Below are positions 39,881-51,965 of a DNA stretch of 64,000 bases, piece by piece. The notes under the pieces are model-generated. The model was not told the DNA's origin and did no database searches. It saw only the letters and a list, made by a program, of their open reading frames with translations. The DNA is from Eledone cirrhosa. Taxonomy: Eukaryota. The position numbers and the translations under genes were made by a program. Within the stretch, counting starts at the first letter, position 1. The number at the start of each line of letters is the position of its first letter. The stretch is from the NCBI GenBank assembly GCA_964016885.1, contig OZ024744.1, positions 18,290,001-18,354,000 of the forward strand, given 5' to 3'.

Positions 39881-42800
39881 TGTCTGTGTCACTGTGTATG
39901 TCACTGTATGTTTCTGTATGTCTGTTTCACTGTGTATATCACTGTGTGTTTCTGTATGTCTGTGTCACTGTATATGTCACTGTATCTTTGTGTATGCCTG
40001 TGTCACTGTCTATGTCACTGTATGTTTCTGTATGTCTGTTTCACTGTGTATGTCACTGTATATTTGTGTATGTCTGTGTCACTCTGTATGTCACTGTGTG
40101 TTTCTGTATGTCTGTGTCACTATGTATGCCACTGTATGTATGTATCACTGTGTATGTCACTGTGTGTATCTGTATGTCTGTGTCACTGTGTAAGTCATTG
40201 TATCTTTGTGTATGTCTGTGGCACTCTGTATGTCGTTGTGTGTTTCTGTATGTATGTGTCTCTGTGTATGTCACTGTATATTTGTATATGTATGGGTCAC
40301 TGTCTATGTCATGGGAGTTTCTCTATGTCTGTGTCACTGTGTATGTCACTGTATGTCTCTGTATGTCTGTGTCACTGTCTATGTCACTGTATATTTGTGT
40401 ATGTCTGTGTCACTGTGTATGTCACTGTATCTTTGTGTATGTCTGCGTCACTGTGTATGTCACTGTGTGTTTCTGTATGTCTGTGTCACTGTGTATGTCA
40501 CAGTGTGTTTCTGTATATATGTGTCTCTGTGTATGTCACTGTATCTTTGTGTATGTCTGTGTCACTGTGTTTTTCTGTATGTCTGTGTCACTGCGTATGT
40601 CACTGTATGTTTGTGTGTGTCTGTGTCACTCTGTATGTCAATGTCTCTGTGTGTTTCTGTATGTCTGTGTCTCTGTGTATGTCACTGTATCTTTGTGTAT
40701 GTATGTGTCACTGTGTATGTCACTGTGTGTTTCTGTATGTCTGTGTCACTGTGTATATCACTGTGTGTTTCTGTATATCTGTGTCTCTGTGTATGTCACT
40801 GTATCTTTGTGTATGTCTGGGTCATTGTGTATGTCACTGTATATTTGTGTATGTCTGTGTCACGGTGTATATCACTGTATATTTGTGTATGTCTGTGTCA
40901 CTGTGTATGTCACTGTATGTTTCTGTATGTCTGTGTCACTGTGTATATCAATGTGTGTTTCTGTATCTCTGTGTCACGGTGTATGTCACTGCATGTTTGT
41001 GTATGTCTGTGTCACTGTGTATGTCACTGTGTGTTTCTGTATGTCTGTGTCACTGTGTATGTCATTGTATCTTTGTGTATGTCTGTGTCACTGTGTATGT
41101 CACTGTATGTTTCTGTAAGTTTGTGTCACTGTGTATGTCACTGTGTGTTTCTGTATGTCTGTGTCTCTGTGTATGTCACTGTATGTTTCTGTATGTCTGT
41201 TTCACTGTGTATGTCACTGTGTCTTTATGTATGCCTGTGTCACTCTGTATGTCACTGTATATTTCTGTATGTCTGTGTCACTGTGTATGTCACTGTATGT
41301 TTCTGTATGTTTGTGTCACTGTGTATGTCACTGTATGTTTCTGTATGTCTGTTTCACTGTGTATGTCACTGTGTCTTTATGTATGTCTGTGTCACTCTGT
41401 ATGTCACTGTATATTTCTGTATGTCTGTGTCACTGTGTATGTCACTGTATGTTTCTGTATGTCTGTGTCACTGTGTATGTCACTGTATGTTTCTGGATGT
41501 CTGTGTCACTCTGTATGTCACTGTATATTTCTGTATGTCTGTGTCACTCTGTATGTCACTGTATGTTTCTGTACGTCTGTGTCACTGTGTATGTCACTGT
41601 ATGTTTCTGTATGTCTATGTCACTGTGTATGTCACTCTATGTTTCTGTATGTCTGTTTCAATGTGTATGTCACTGTGTGTTTCTGTATGTCTGTGTCACT
41701 CTGTATGTCACTGTATATTTCTGTATGTCTGTGTCACTGTGTATGTCACTGTATGTTTCTGTATGTCTGTGTCACTGTGTATGTCACTGGGTGTTTCTGT
41801 ATGTCTGTGTCACTGTATATGTCACTGTATCTTTGTGTATGCCTGTGTCACTGTTTATGTCACTGTATGTTTCTGTATGTCTGTTTCACTGTGTATGTCA
41901 CTGTATATTTGTGTATGTCTGTGTCACTCTGTATGTCACTGTGTGTTTCTGTATGTCTGTGTCACTATGTATGCCACTGTATGTTTGTGTTATCTGTGTC
42001 ATTGTGTATGTCACTGGGTGTTTCTGTATGTCTGTGTCACTGTGTATGACACTGTGTGTTTCTGTATGTATGTATCACTGTGTATGTCACTGTGTTTCTG
42101 TATGTCTGTGTCACTATGTAAGTCATTGTATCTTTGTGTATGTCTGTGCCACTCTGTATGTTGTTGTGTGTTTCTGTATGTATGTGTCTCTGTGTATGTC
42201 ACTGTATCTTTGTGTATGTATGTGTCACTGTGTATGTTACTGTGAGTTTATGTATGTCTGTGTCACTGTGTATGTCACTGTATGTCTATGTATGTCTGTG
42301 TCACTATCTATGTCACTGTATCTTTGTGTATGTCTGTATCACTGTGTATGTCACTGTGTGTTTATGTATGTCTGTGTCTCTGTGTATGTCACTGTATCTT
42401 TGCGTATGTCTGCGTCACTGTGTATGTCACTGTGTGTTTCTGTATGCCTGTGTCACTGTGTATGTCACAGTGTGTTTCTGTATATCTCTCTCTCTGTGTA
42501 TGTCACTGTATCTTTGTGTATGTCTGTGTCACTGTGTATGTCACTGTATGTTTCTGTATGTATGTTTCACTGTGTATGTCACTAAATGTTTGTGTGTGTC
42601 TGTGTCTCTGTGTATGTCACTGTGTGTTTGCGTGTGTCTGTGTCACTGTGTATGTCACTGTTTGTTTGTGTATGTCTGTGTCGCTGTGTGTGTTTCTGTA
42701 AGTCTGTGTCACTGTGTATGTCATTGCATCTTTGTGTATGTCTGTGTCACTCTGTATGTCACTGTGTGTTTCTGCATGTCTGTGTCACTGTGTATGTCAC

Positions 42801-45800
42801 TGTGTGTTTCTGTATCTCTGTGTCACTGTCTATGTCACTGTATGTTTCTGAATGTCTGTGTCACTGTGTATGTCACTGTGTATTTCTGTATGTCTGTGTC
42901 ACGGTGTATGTCATTGTATGTTTGTGTGTGTATGTGTCACCGTGTATGTCACTGTGTGTTTGTGTATGTCTGTGTCACTGTATGTTTCTGTATGTCTGTG
43001 TCACTGTGTATGTCACTGTGTGTTTCTGTATGTCTGTGTCACTGTGTATGTCATTGTATCTTTGTGTATGTCTGTGTCACTGTGTATGTCACTGTATGTT
43101 TCTGTATGTTTGTGTCACTGTGTATGTCACAGTGTGTTTCTGTATGTCTGTGTCTCTGTGTATGTCACTGTATGTTTCTGTATGTCTGTTTCACTGTGTA
43201 TGTCACTGTGTCTTTATGTATGTCTGTGTCACTCTGTATGTCACTGTATATTTCTGTATGTCTGTGTCACTGTGTATGTCACTGTATGTTTCTGTACGTC
43301 TGTGTCACTGTGTATGTCACTGTATGTTTCTGTATGTCTGTGTCACTGTGTATGTCACTGTATGTTTCTGTATGTCTGTTTCAATGTGTATGTCACTGTG
43401 TGTTTCTGTATGTCTGTGTCACTCTGTATGTCACTGTATATTTCTGTATGTCTGTGTCACTGTGTATGTCACTGTATGTTTCTGTATGTCTATGTCACTG
43501 TGTATGTCACTGTGTGTTTCTGTATGTCTGTGTCACTGTATATGTCACTGTATCTTTGTGTATGCCTGTGTCACTGTTTATGTCACTGTATGTTTCTGTA
43601 TGTCTGTGTCACTGTGTATGTCACTGTATATTTGTGTATGTCTGTGTCACTCTGTATGTCACTGTGTGTTTCTGTATGTCTGTGTCACTATGTATGCCAC
43701 TGTATGTTTGTGTTATCTGTCTCATTGTGTATGTCACTGGGTGTTTCTGTATGTCTGTGTCACTGTGTATGACACTGTGTGTTTCTGTATGTATGTATCA
43801 CTGTGTATGTCACTGTGTTTCTGTATGTCTGTGTCACTATGTAAGTCATTGTATCTTTGTGTATGTCTGTGGCACTCTGTATGTTGTTGTGTGTTTCTGT
43901 ATGTACGTGTCTCTGTGTATGTCACTGTATCTTTGTGTATGTATGTGTCACTGTTTATGTTACTGTGAGTTCATGTATGTCTGTGTCACTGTGTATGTCA
44001 CTGTATGTCTATGTATGTCTGTGTCACTGTCTATGTCACTGTATCTTTGTGTATGTCTGTGTCACTGTGTATGTCACAGTGTGTTTCTGTATATCTGTGT
44101 CTCTGTGTATGTCACTGTATCTTTGTGTATGTCTGTGTCACTGTGTATGTCACAGTATGTTTCTGTATGTATGTTTCACTGTGTATGTCACTAAATGTTT
44201 GTGTGTGTCTGTGTCTCTGTGTATGTCACTGTGTGTTTGCGTGTGTCTGTGTCACTGTGTATGTCACTGTTTGTTTGTGTATGTCTGTGTCACTGTGTGT
44301 GTTTCTGTAAGTCTGTGTCACTGTGTATGTCATTGCATCTTTGTGTATGTCTGTGTCACTCTGTATGTCACTGTGTGTTTCTGCATGTCTATGTCACTGT
44401 GTATGTCACTGTGTGTTCCTGTATGTCTGTGTCACTGTGTATGTCACTGTATGTTTCTGTATGTCTGTTTCACTGTGTATATCACTGTGTGTTTCTGTAT
44501 GTCTGTGTCACTGTATATGTCACTGTATCTTTGTGTATGCCTGTGTCACTGTCTATGTCACTGTATGTTTCTGTATGTCTGTTTCACTGTGTATGTCACT
44601 GTATATTTGTGTATGTCTGTGTCACTCTGTATGTCACTGTGTGTTTCTGTATGTCTGTGTCACTATGTATGCCACTGTATGTATGTATCACTGTGTATGT
44701 CACTGTGTGTATCTGTATGTCTGTGTCACTGTGTAAGTCATTGTATCTTTGTGTATGTCTGTGGCACTCTGTATGTCGTTGTGTGTTTCTGTATGTATGT
44801 GTCTCTGTGTATGTCACTGTATATTTGTATATGTATGGGTCACTGTCTATGTCATGGGAGTTTCTCTATGTCTGTGTCACTGTGTATGTCACTGTATGTC
44901 TCTGTATGTCTGTGTCACTGTCTATGTCACTGTATATTTGTGTATGTCTGTGTCACTGTGTATGTCACTGTATTTTTGTGTATGTCTGCGTCACTGTGTA
45001 TGTCACTGTGTGTTTCTGTATGTCTGTGTCACTGTGTATGTCACAGTGTGTTTCTGTATATATGTGTCTCTGTGTATGTCACTGTATCTTTGTGTATGTC
45101 TGTGTCACTGTGTTTTTCTGTATGTCTGTGTCACTGCGTATGTCACTGTATGTTTGTGTGTGTCTGTGTCACTCTGTATGTCAATGACTCTGTGTGTTTC
45201 TGTATGTCTGTGTCTCTGTGTATGTCACTGTATCTTTGTGTATGTATGTGTCACTGTGTATGTCACTGTGTGTTTCTGTATGTCTGTGTCACTGTGTATA
45301 TCACTGTGTGTTTCTGTATATCTGTGTCTCTGTGTATGTCACTGTATCTTTGTGTATGTCTGGGTCACTGTGTATGTCACTGTATATTTGTGTATGTCTG
45401 TGTCACGGTGCATATCACTGTATATTTGTGTATGTCTGTGTCACTGTGTATGTCACTGTATGTTTCTGTATGTCTGTGTCACTGTGTATATCAATGTGTG
45501 TTTCTGTATCTCTGTGTCACGGTGTATGTCACTGCATGTTTGTGTATGTCTGTGTCACTGTGTATGTCACTGTGTGTTTCTGTATGTCTGTGTCACTGTG
45601 TATGTCATTGTATCTTTGTGTATGTCTGTGTCACTGTGTATGTCACTGTATGTTTCTGTAAGTTTGTGTCACTGTGTATGTCACTGTGTGTTTCTGTATG
45701 TCTGTGTCTCTGTGTATGTCACTGTATGTTTCTGTATGTCTGTTTCACTGTGTATGTCACTGTGTCTTTATGTATGCCTGTGTCACTCTGTATGTCACTG

Positions 45801-46039
45801 TATATTTCTGTATGTCTGTGTCACTGTGTATGTCACTGTATGTTTCTGTATGTTTGTGTCACTGTGTATGTCACTGTATGTTTCTGTATGTCTGTTTCAC
45901 TGTGTATGTCACTGTGTCTTTATGTATGTCTGTGTCACTCTGTATGTCACTGTATATTTCTGTATGTCTGTGTCACTGTGTATGTCACTGTATGTTTCTG
46001 TATGTCTGTGTCACTGTGTATGTCACTGTATGTTTCTGT
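36954..46039. repeat. Tandem duplication, period 4543 bp (2 copies, junction ~41494-41500)
   Basis: ORF pairs at offset 4543 (37468/42011, 37591/42134, 39191/43734, 40053/44596). Shared private marker GTCATGGGAGTTT near 40308 and 44851. About 9 substitutions between copies found by eye. Confidence 0.92.
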
Positions 46040-48199
46040 ATGTTTGTGTCACTGTGTATGTCACTGTATGTTTCTGTATGTCTGTTTCACTGTGTATGTC
46101 ACTGTGTGTTTCTGTATGTCTGTGTCACTCTGTATGTCACTGTATATTTCTGTATGTCTGTGTCACTGTGTATGTCACTGTATGTTTCTGTATGTCTGTG
46201 TCACTGTATATGTCACTGTATCTTTGTGTATGCCTGTGTCACTGTTTATGTCACTGTATGTTTCTGTATGTCTGTTTCACTGTGTATGTCACTGTATATT
46301 TGTGTATGTCTGTGTCACTCTGTATGTCACTGTGTGTTTCTGTATGTCACTGTGTGTTTCTGTATGTCTGTGTCACTATGTATGCCACTGTATGTTTGTG
46401 TTATCTGTGTCACTGTGTATGACACTGTGTGGTTCTGTATGTATGTATCACTGTGTGTTTCTGTATGTCTGTGTCACTATGTAAGTCATTGTATCTTTGT
46501 GTATGTCTGTGGCACTCTGTATGTTGTTGTGTGTTTCTGTATGTATGTGTCTCTGTGTATGTCACTGTATCTTTGTGTATGTATGTGTCACTATGTATGT
46601 CACTGTATGTCTATGTATGTCTGTGTCACTGTCTATCTCACTGTATCTTTGTGTATGTCTGTATCACTGTGTATGTCACTGTGTGTTTATGTAAGTCTGT
46701 GTCTCTGTGTATGTCACTGTATCTTTGCGTATGTCTGCGTCACTGTGTATGTCACTGTGTGTTTCTGTATGTCTGTGTCACTGTGTATGTCACAGTGTGT
46801 TTCTGTATATCTGTATCTCTGTGTATGTCACTGTATCTTTGTGTATGTCTGTGTCACTGTGTATGTCACTGTATGTTTCTGTATGTATGTTTCACTGTGT
46901 ATGTCACTAAATGTTTGTGTGTGTCTGTGTCTCTGTGTATGTCACTGTGTGTTTGCGTGTGTCTGTGTCACTGTGTATGTCACTGTGTGTTTCTGTATGT
47001 CTGTGTGACTGTGTATGTCACTGTTTGTTTGTGTATGTCTGTGTCACTGTGTGTGTTTCTGTATGTCTGTGTCACTGTGTATGTCATTGTATCTTTGTGT
47101 ATGTCTGTGTCACTCTGTATGTCACTGTGTGTTTCTGCATGTCTGTGTCACTGTGTATGTCACTGTGTGTTCATGTATGTCTGTGTCACTGTGTATGTCA
47201 CTGTATGTTTCTGTATGTCTGTTTCACTGTGTATATCACTGTGTGTTTCTGTATGTCTGTGTCATTGTATATGTCACTGTATCTTTGTGTATGCCTGTGT
47301 CACTGTCTATGTCACTGTATGTTTCTGTATGTCTGTTTCACTGTGTATGTCACTGTATATTTGTGTATGTCTGTGTCACTCTGTATGTCACTGTGTGTTT
47401 CTGTATGTCTGTGTCACTATGTATGCCACTGTATGTTTGTGTTGTCTGTGTCATTGTGTATGACACTGTGTCTTTCTGTATGTATGTATCACTGTGTATG
47501 TCACTGTGTGTATCTGTATGTCTGTGTCACTGTGTAAGTCATTGTATCTTTGTGTATGTCTGTGGCACTCTGTATGTCGTTGTGTGTTTCTGTATGTATG
47601 TGTCTCTGTGTATGTCACTGTATATTTGTGTATGTATGTGTCAATGTGTATGTCACTGTGAGTTTCTCTATGTCTGTGTCACTGTGTATGTCACTGTATG
47701 TCTCTGTATGTCTGTGTCACTGTCTATGTCACTGTATCTTTGTGTATGTCTGTGTCACTATGTATGTCACTGTGTGTTTCTGTATATATGTGTCTCTGTG
47801 TATGTCACTGTATCTTTGTGTATGCCTGTGTCACAGTGTGTTTCTGTATGTCTGTGTCACTGTGTATGTCACTGTATGTGTGTGTGTGTCTGTGTCACTG
47901 TGTATGTCACTGTGTGTTTGTGTATGTCTGTGTCACTGTATGTTTCTGTATGTCTGTGTCACTGTGTATGTCACTGTTTGTTTCTGTATGTATGTGTCAC
48001 TGTGTATGTCACCGTATGTGTGTGTATGTCTGTGTCACTGTGTATGTCACTGTGTGTTTCTCTATGTCTGTGTCACTGTGTATGTCACTGTATGTTTGTG
48101 TGTGTCTGTGTCACTGTGTATGTCAATGTCTCTGTGTGTTTCTGTATGTCTGTGTCTCTGTGTATGTCACTGTATCTTTGTGTATGTATGTGTCACTGT

Positions 48200-49197
48200 G
48201 TATGTCACTGTGTGTTTCTGTATGTCTGTGTCACTGTGTATACCACTGTGTGTTTCTGTATATCTGTGTCTCTGTGTATGTCGCTGTATCTTTGTGTATG
48301 ACTGGGTCACTGTGTATGTCATTGTATATTTGTGTATGTCTGTGTCACGGTGCATATCACTGTATGTTTGTGTATGTCTGTGTCACTGTGTATGTCACTG
48401 TGTGTTTCTGTATGTCTGTGTCACTGTGTATACCACTGTGTGTTTCTGTATATCTGTGTCTCTGTGTATGTCGCTGTATCTTTGTGTATGACTGGGTCAC
48501 TGTGTATGTCATTGTATATTTGTGTATGTCTGTGTCACGGTGTATGTCACTGCACGTTTGTGTATGTCTGTGTGACTGTGTATGTCAATGTGTGTTTCTG
48601 TATGGCTGTGTCACTGTGTATGTCACTGTATCTTTGTGTATGTCTGTGTCACTGTGTATGTCACAGTGTGTTTCTGCATGTCTGTGTCACTGTATGTTTC
48701 TGAATGTCTGTGTCACTGTGTATGTCACTGTGTGTTTCTGTATGTCTGTGTCACGGTGTATGTCACTGTATGTTTGTGTGTGACTGTGTCACTGTGTATG
48801 TCACTGTGTGTTTGTGTATGTCTGTGTCACTGTATGTTTGTGTATGTCTGTGTCACTGTGTATGTCCCTGTATGTTTCTGTATGTCTGTGTCACTGTGTA
48901 TATCAATGTGTGTTTCTGTATCTCTGTGTCACGGTGTATGTCACTGCACGTTTGTGTATGTCTGTGTGACTGTGTATGTCAATGTGTGTTTCTGTATGGC
49001 TGTGTCACTGTGTATGTCACTGTATCTTTGTGTATGTCTGTGTCACTGTGTATGTCACAGTGTGTTTCTGCATGTCTGTGTCACTGTATGTTTCTGAATG
49101 TCTGTGTCACTGTGTATGTCACTGTGTGTTTCTGTATGTCTGTGTCACGGTGTATGTCACTGTATGTTTGTGTGTGACTGTGTCACTGTGTATGTCA
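48200..49197. repeat. Local small duplications with offsets 190 bp (5 monomers) and 394 bp
   Basis: TACCACTG, GTCGCTG and ATGACTGGG markers repeat at 48241/48431 onward. TGCACGTTTG repeats at 48551/48945. ORF offsets 394 (48582/48976, 48704/49098). Confidence 0.85.
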
Positions 49198-51965
49198 TTG
49201 TATCTTTGTGTATGTCTGTGTCAATGTGTATGTCACTGTATGTTTCTGTAAGTTTGTGTCACTGTGTATGTCACTGTGTGTTTCTGTATGTCTGTGTCTC
49301 TGTGTATGTCACTGTATGTTTCTGTATGTCTGTTTGACTGTGTATGTCACTGTGTCTTTATGTATGTCTGTGTCACTCTGTATGTCACTGTATATTTCTG
49401 TATGTCTGTGTCACTGTGTATGTCACTGTATGTTTCTGTATGTTTGTGTCACTGTGTATGTCACTGTATGTTTCTGTATGTCTCTTTCACTGTGTATGTC
49501 ATTGTGTCTTTATGTATGTCTGTGTTACTCTGTATGTCACTGTATATTTCTGTATGTCTGTGTCACTGTGTATGTCACTGTATGTTTCTGTATGTCTGTG
49601 TCACTGTGTATGTCACTGTATGTTTCTGTATGTCTGTTTCACTGTGTATGTCACTGTGTGTTTCTGTATGTCTGTGTCACTCTGTATGTCACTGTATATT
49701 TATGTATGTCTGTGTCACTGTGTATGTCACTGTATGTTTCTGTATGTCCGTGTCACTGTGTATGTCACTGTGTGTTTCTGTATGTCTGTGTCACTGTATA
49801 TGTCACTGTATCTTTGTGTATGCCTGTGTCACTTTTTATGTCACTGTATGTTTCTGTAAGTCTGTTTCACTGTGTATGTCACTGTATATTTGTGTATGTC
49901 TGTGTCACTCTGTATGTCACTGTGTGTTTCTGTATGTCTGTGTCACTATGTATGCCACTGTATGTTTGTGTTATCTGTGTCATTGTGTATGTCACTGGGT
50001 GTTTCTGTATGTCTGTGTCACTGTGTATGACACTGTGTGTTTCTGTATGTATGTATCACTGTGTATGTCACTGTGTGTTTCTGTATGTCTGTGTCACTAT
50101 GTAAGTCATTGTATCTTTGTGTATGTATGTGGCACTCTGTATGTTGTTGTGTGTTTCTGTATGTATGTGTCTCTGTGTATGTCACTGTATCTTTGTGTAT
50201 GTATGTGTCACTGTGTATGTTACTGTGAGTTTATGTATGTCTGTGTCACTGTGTATGTCACTGTATGTCTATGTATGTCTGTGTCACTGTGTGTGTTTCT
50301 GTATGTCTGTGTCACTGTGTATGTCATTGCATCTTTGTGTATGTCTGTGTCACTGTGTATGTCACAGTGTGTTTCTGTATGTCTGTGTCACTGTCTATGT
50401 CACTGTATGTTTCTGAATGTCTGTGTCACTGTGCATGTCACTGTGTGTTTCTGTATGTCTGTGTCACGGTGTATGTCACTGCATGTTTGTGTGTGACTGT
50501 GTCACTGTGTATGTCACTGAGTGTTTGTGTATGTCTGTGTCACTGTATGTTTCTGTATGTCTGTGTCACTGTGTATGTCACTGTGTGTTTCTGTATGTCT
50601 GTGTGACTGTGTATGTCACTGTTTGTTTGTGTATGTCTGTGTCACTGTGTGTGTTTCTGTATGTCTGTGTCACTGTGTATGTCATTGTATCTTTGTGTAT
50701 GTCTGTGTCACTGTGTATGTCACTGTATGTTTCTGTAAGTTTGTGTCACTGTGTATGTCACTGTGTGTTTCTGTATGTCTGTGTCTCTGTGTATGTCACT
50801 GTATGTTTCTGTATGTCTGTTTCACTGTGTATGTCACTGTGTCTTTATGTATGTCTGTGTCACTCTGTATGTCACTTTATATTTCTGTATGTCTGTGTCA
50901 CTGTGTATGTCACTGTATGTTTCTGTATGTTTGTGTCAGTGTATGTCACTGTATGTTTCTGTATGTCTGTTTCACTGTGTATGTCACTGTGTCTTTATGT
51001 ATGTCTGTGTCACTCTGTATGTCACTGTATATTTCTGTATGTCTGTGTCACTGTGTATGTCACTGTATGTTTCTGTATGTCTGTGTCACTGTGTACGTCA
51101 CTGTGTGTTTCTGTATGTCTGTGTCACTGTATATGTCACTCTATCTTTGTGTATGCCTATGTCACTGTTTATGTCACTGTATGTTTCTGTATGTCTGTTT
51201 CACTGTGTATGTCACTATATATTTGTGTATGTCTGTGTCACTCTGTATGTCACTGTGTGTTTCTGTATGTCTGTGTCACTATGTATGCCACTGTATGTTT
51301 GTGTTATCTGTGTCATTGTGTATGTCACTGGGTGTTTCTGTATGCCTGTGTCACTGTATGACACTGTGTGTTTCTGTATGTATGTATCACTGTGTATGTC
51401 ACTGTGTGTTTCTGTATGTCTGTGTCACTATGTAAGTCATTGTATCTTTGTGTATGTCTGTGTCACTCTGTATGTCGTTGTGTGTTTCTGTATGTATGTG
51501 TCTCTGTGTGTGTCACTGTATATTTGTGTATGTATGTGTCACTGTGTATGTCACTGTGAGTTTATGTATGTCTGTGTCACTGTGTATGTCACTGTATGTC
51601 TATGTATATCTGTGTCACTGTCTATGTCACTGTATCTTTGTGTATGTCTGTATCACTGTGTATGTCACTGTGTGTTTATGTATGTCTGTGTCTCTGTCTA
51701 TGTCACTGTATCTTTGCGTATGTCTGCGTCACTGTGTATGTCACTGTATCTTTGTGTATGTCTGTGCCACTGTGTATGTCACTGTATGTTTCTGTATGTA
51801 TGTTTCACTGTGTATGTTACTAAATGTTTGTGTGTGTCTGTGTCTCTGTGTATGTCACTGTGTGTTTGCGTGTGTCTGTGTCACTGTGTATGTCACTGTG
51901 TGTTTCTGTATGTCTGTGTGACTGTGTATGTCACTGTTTCTTTGTGTATGTCTGTGTCACTGTGT

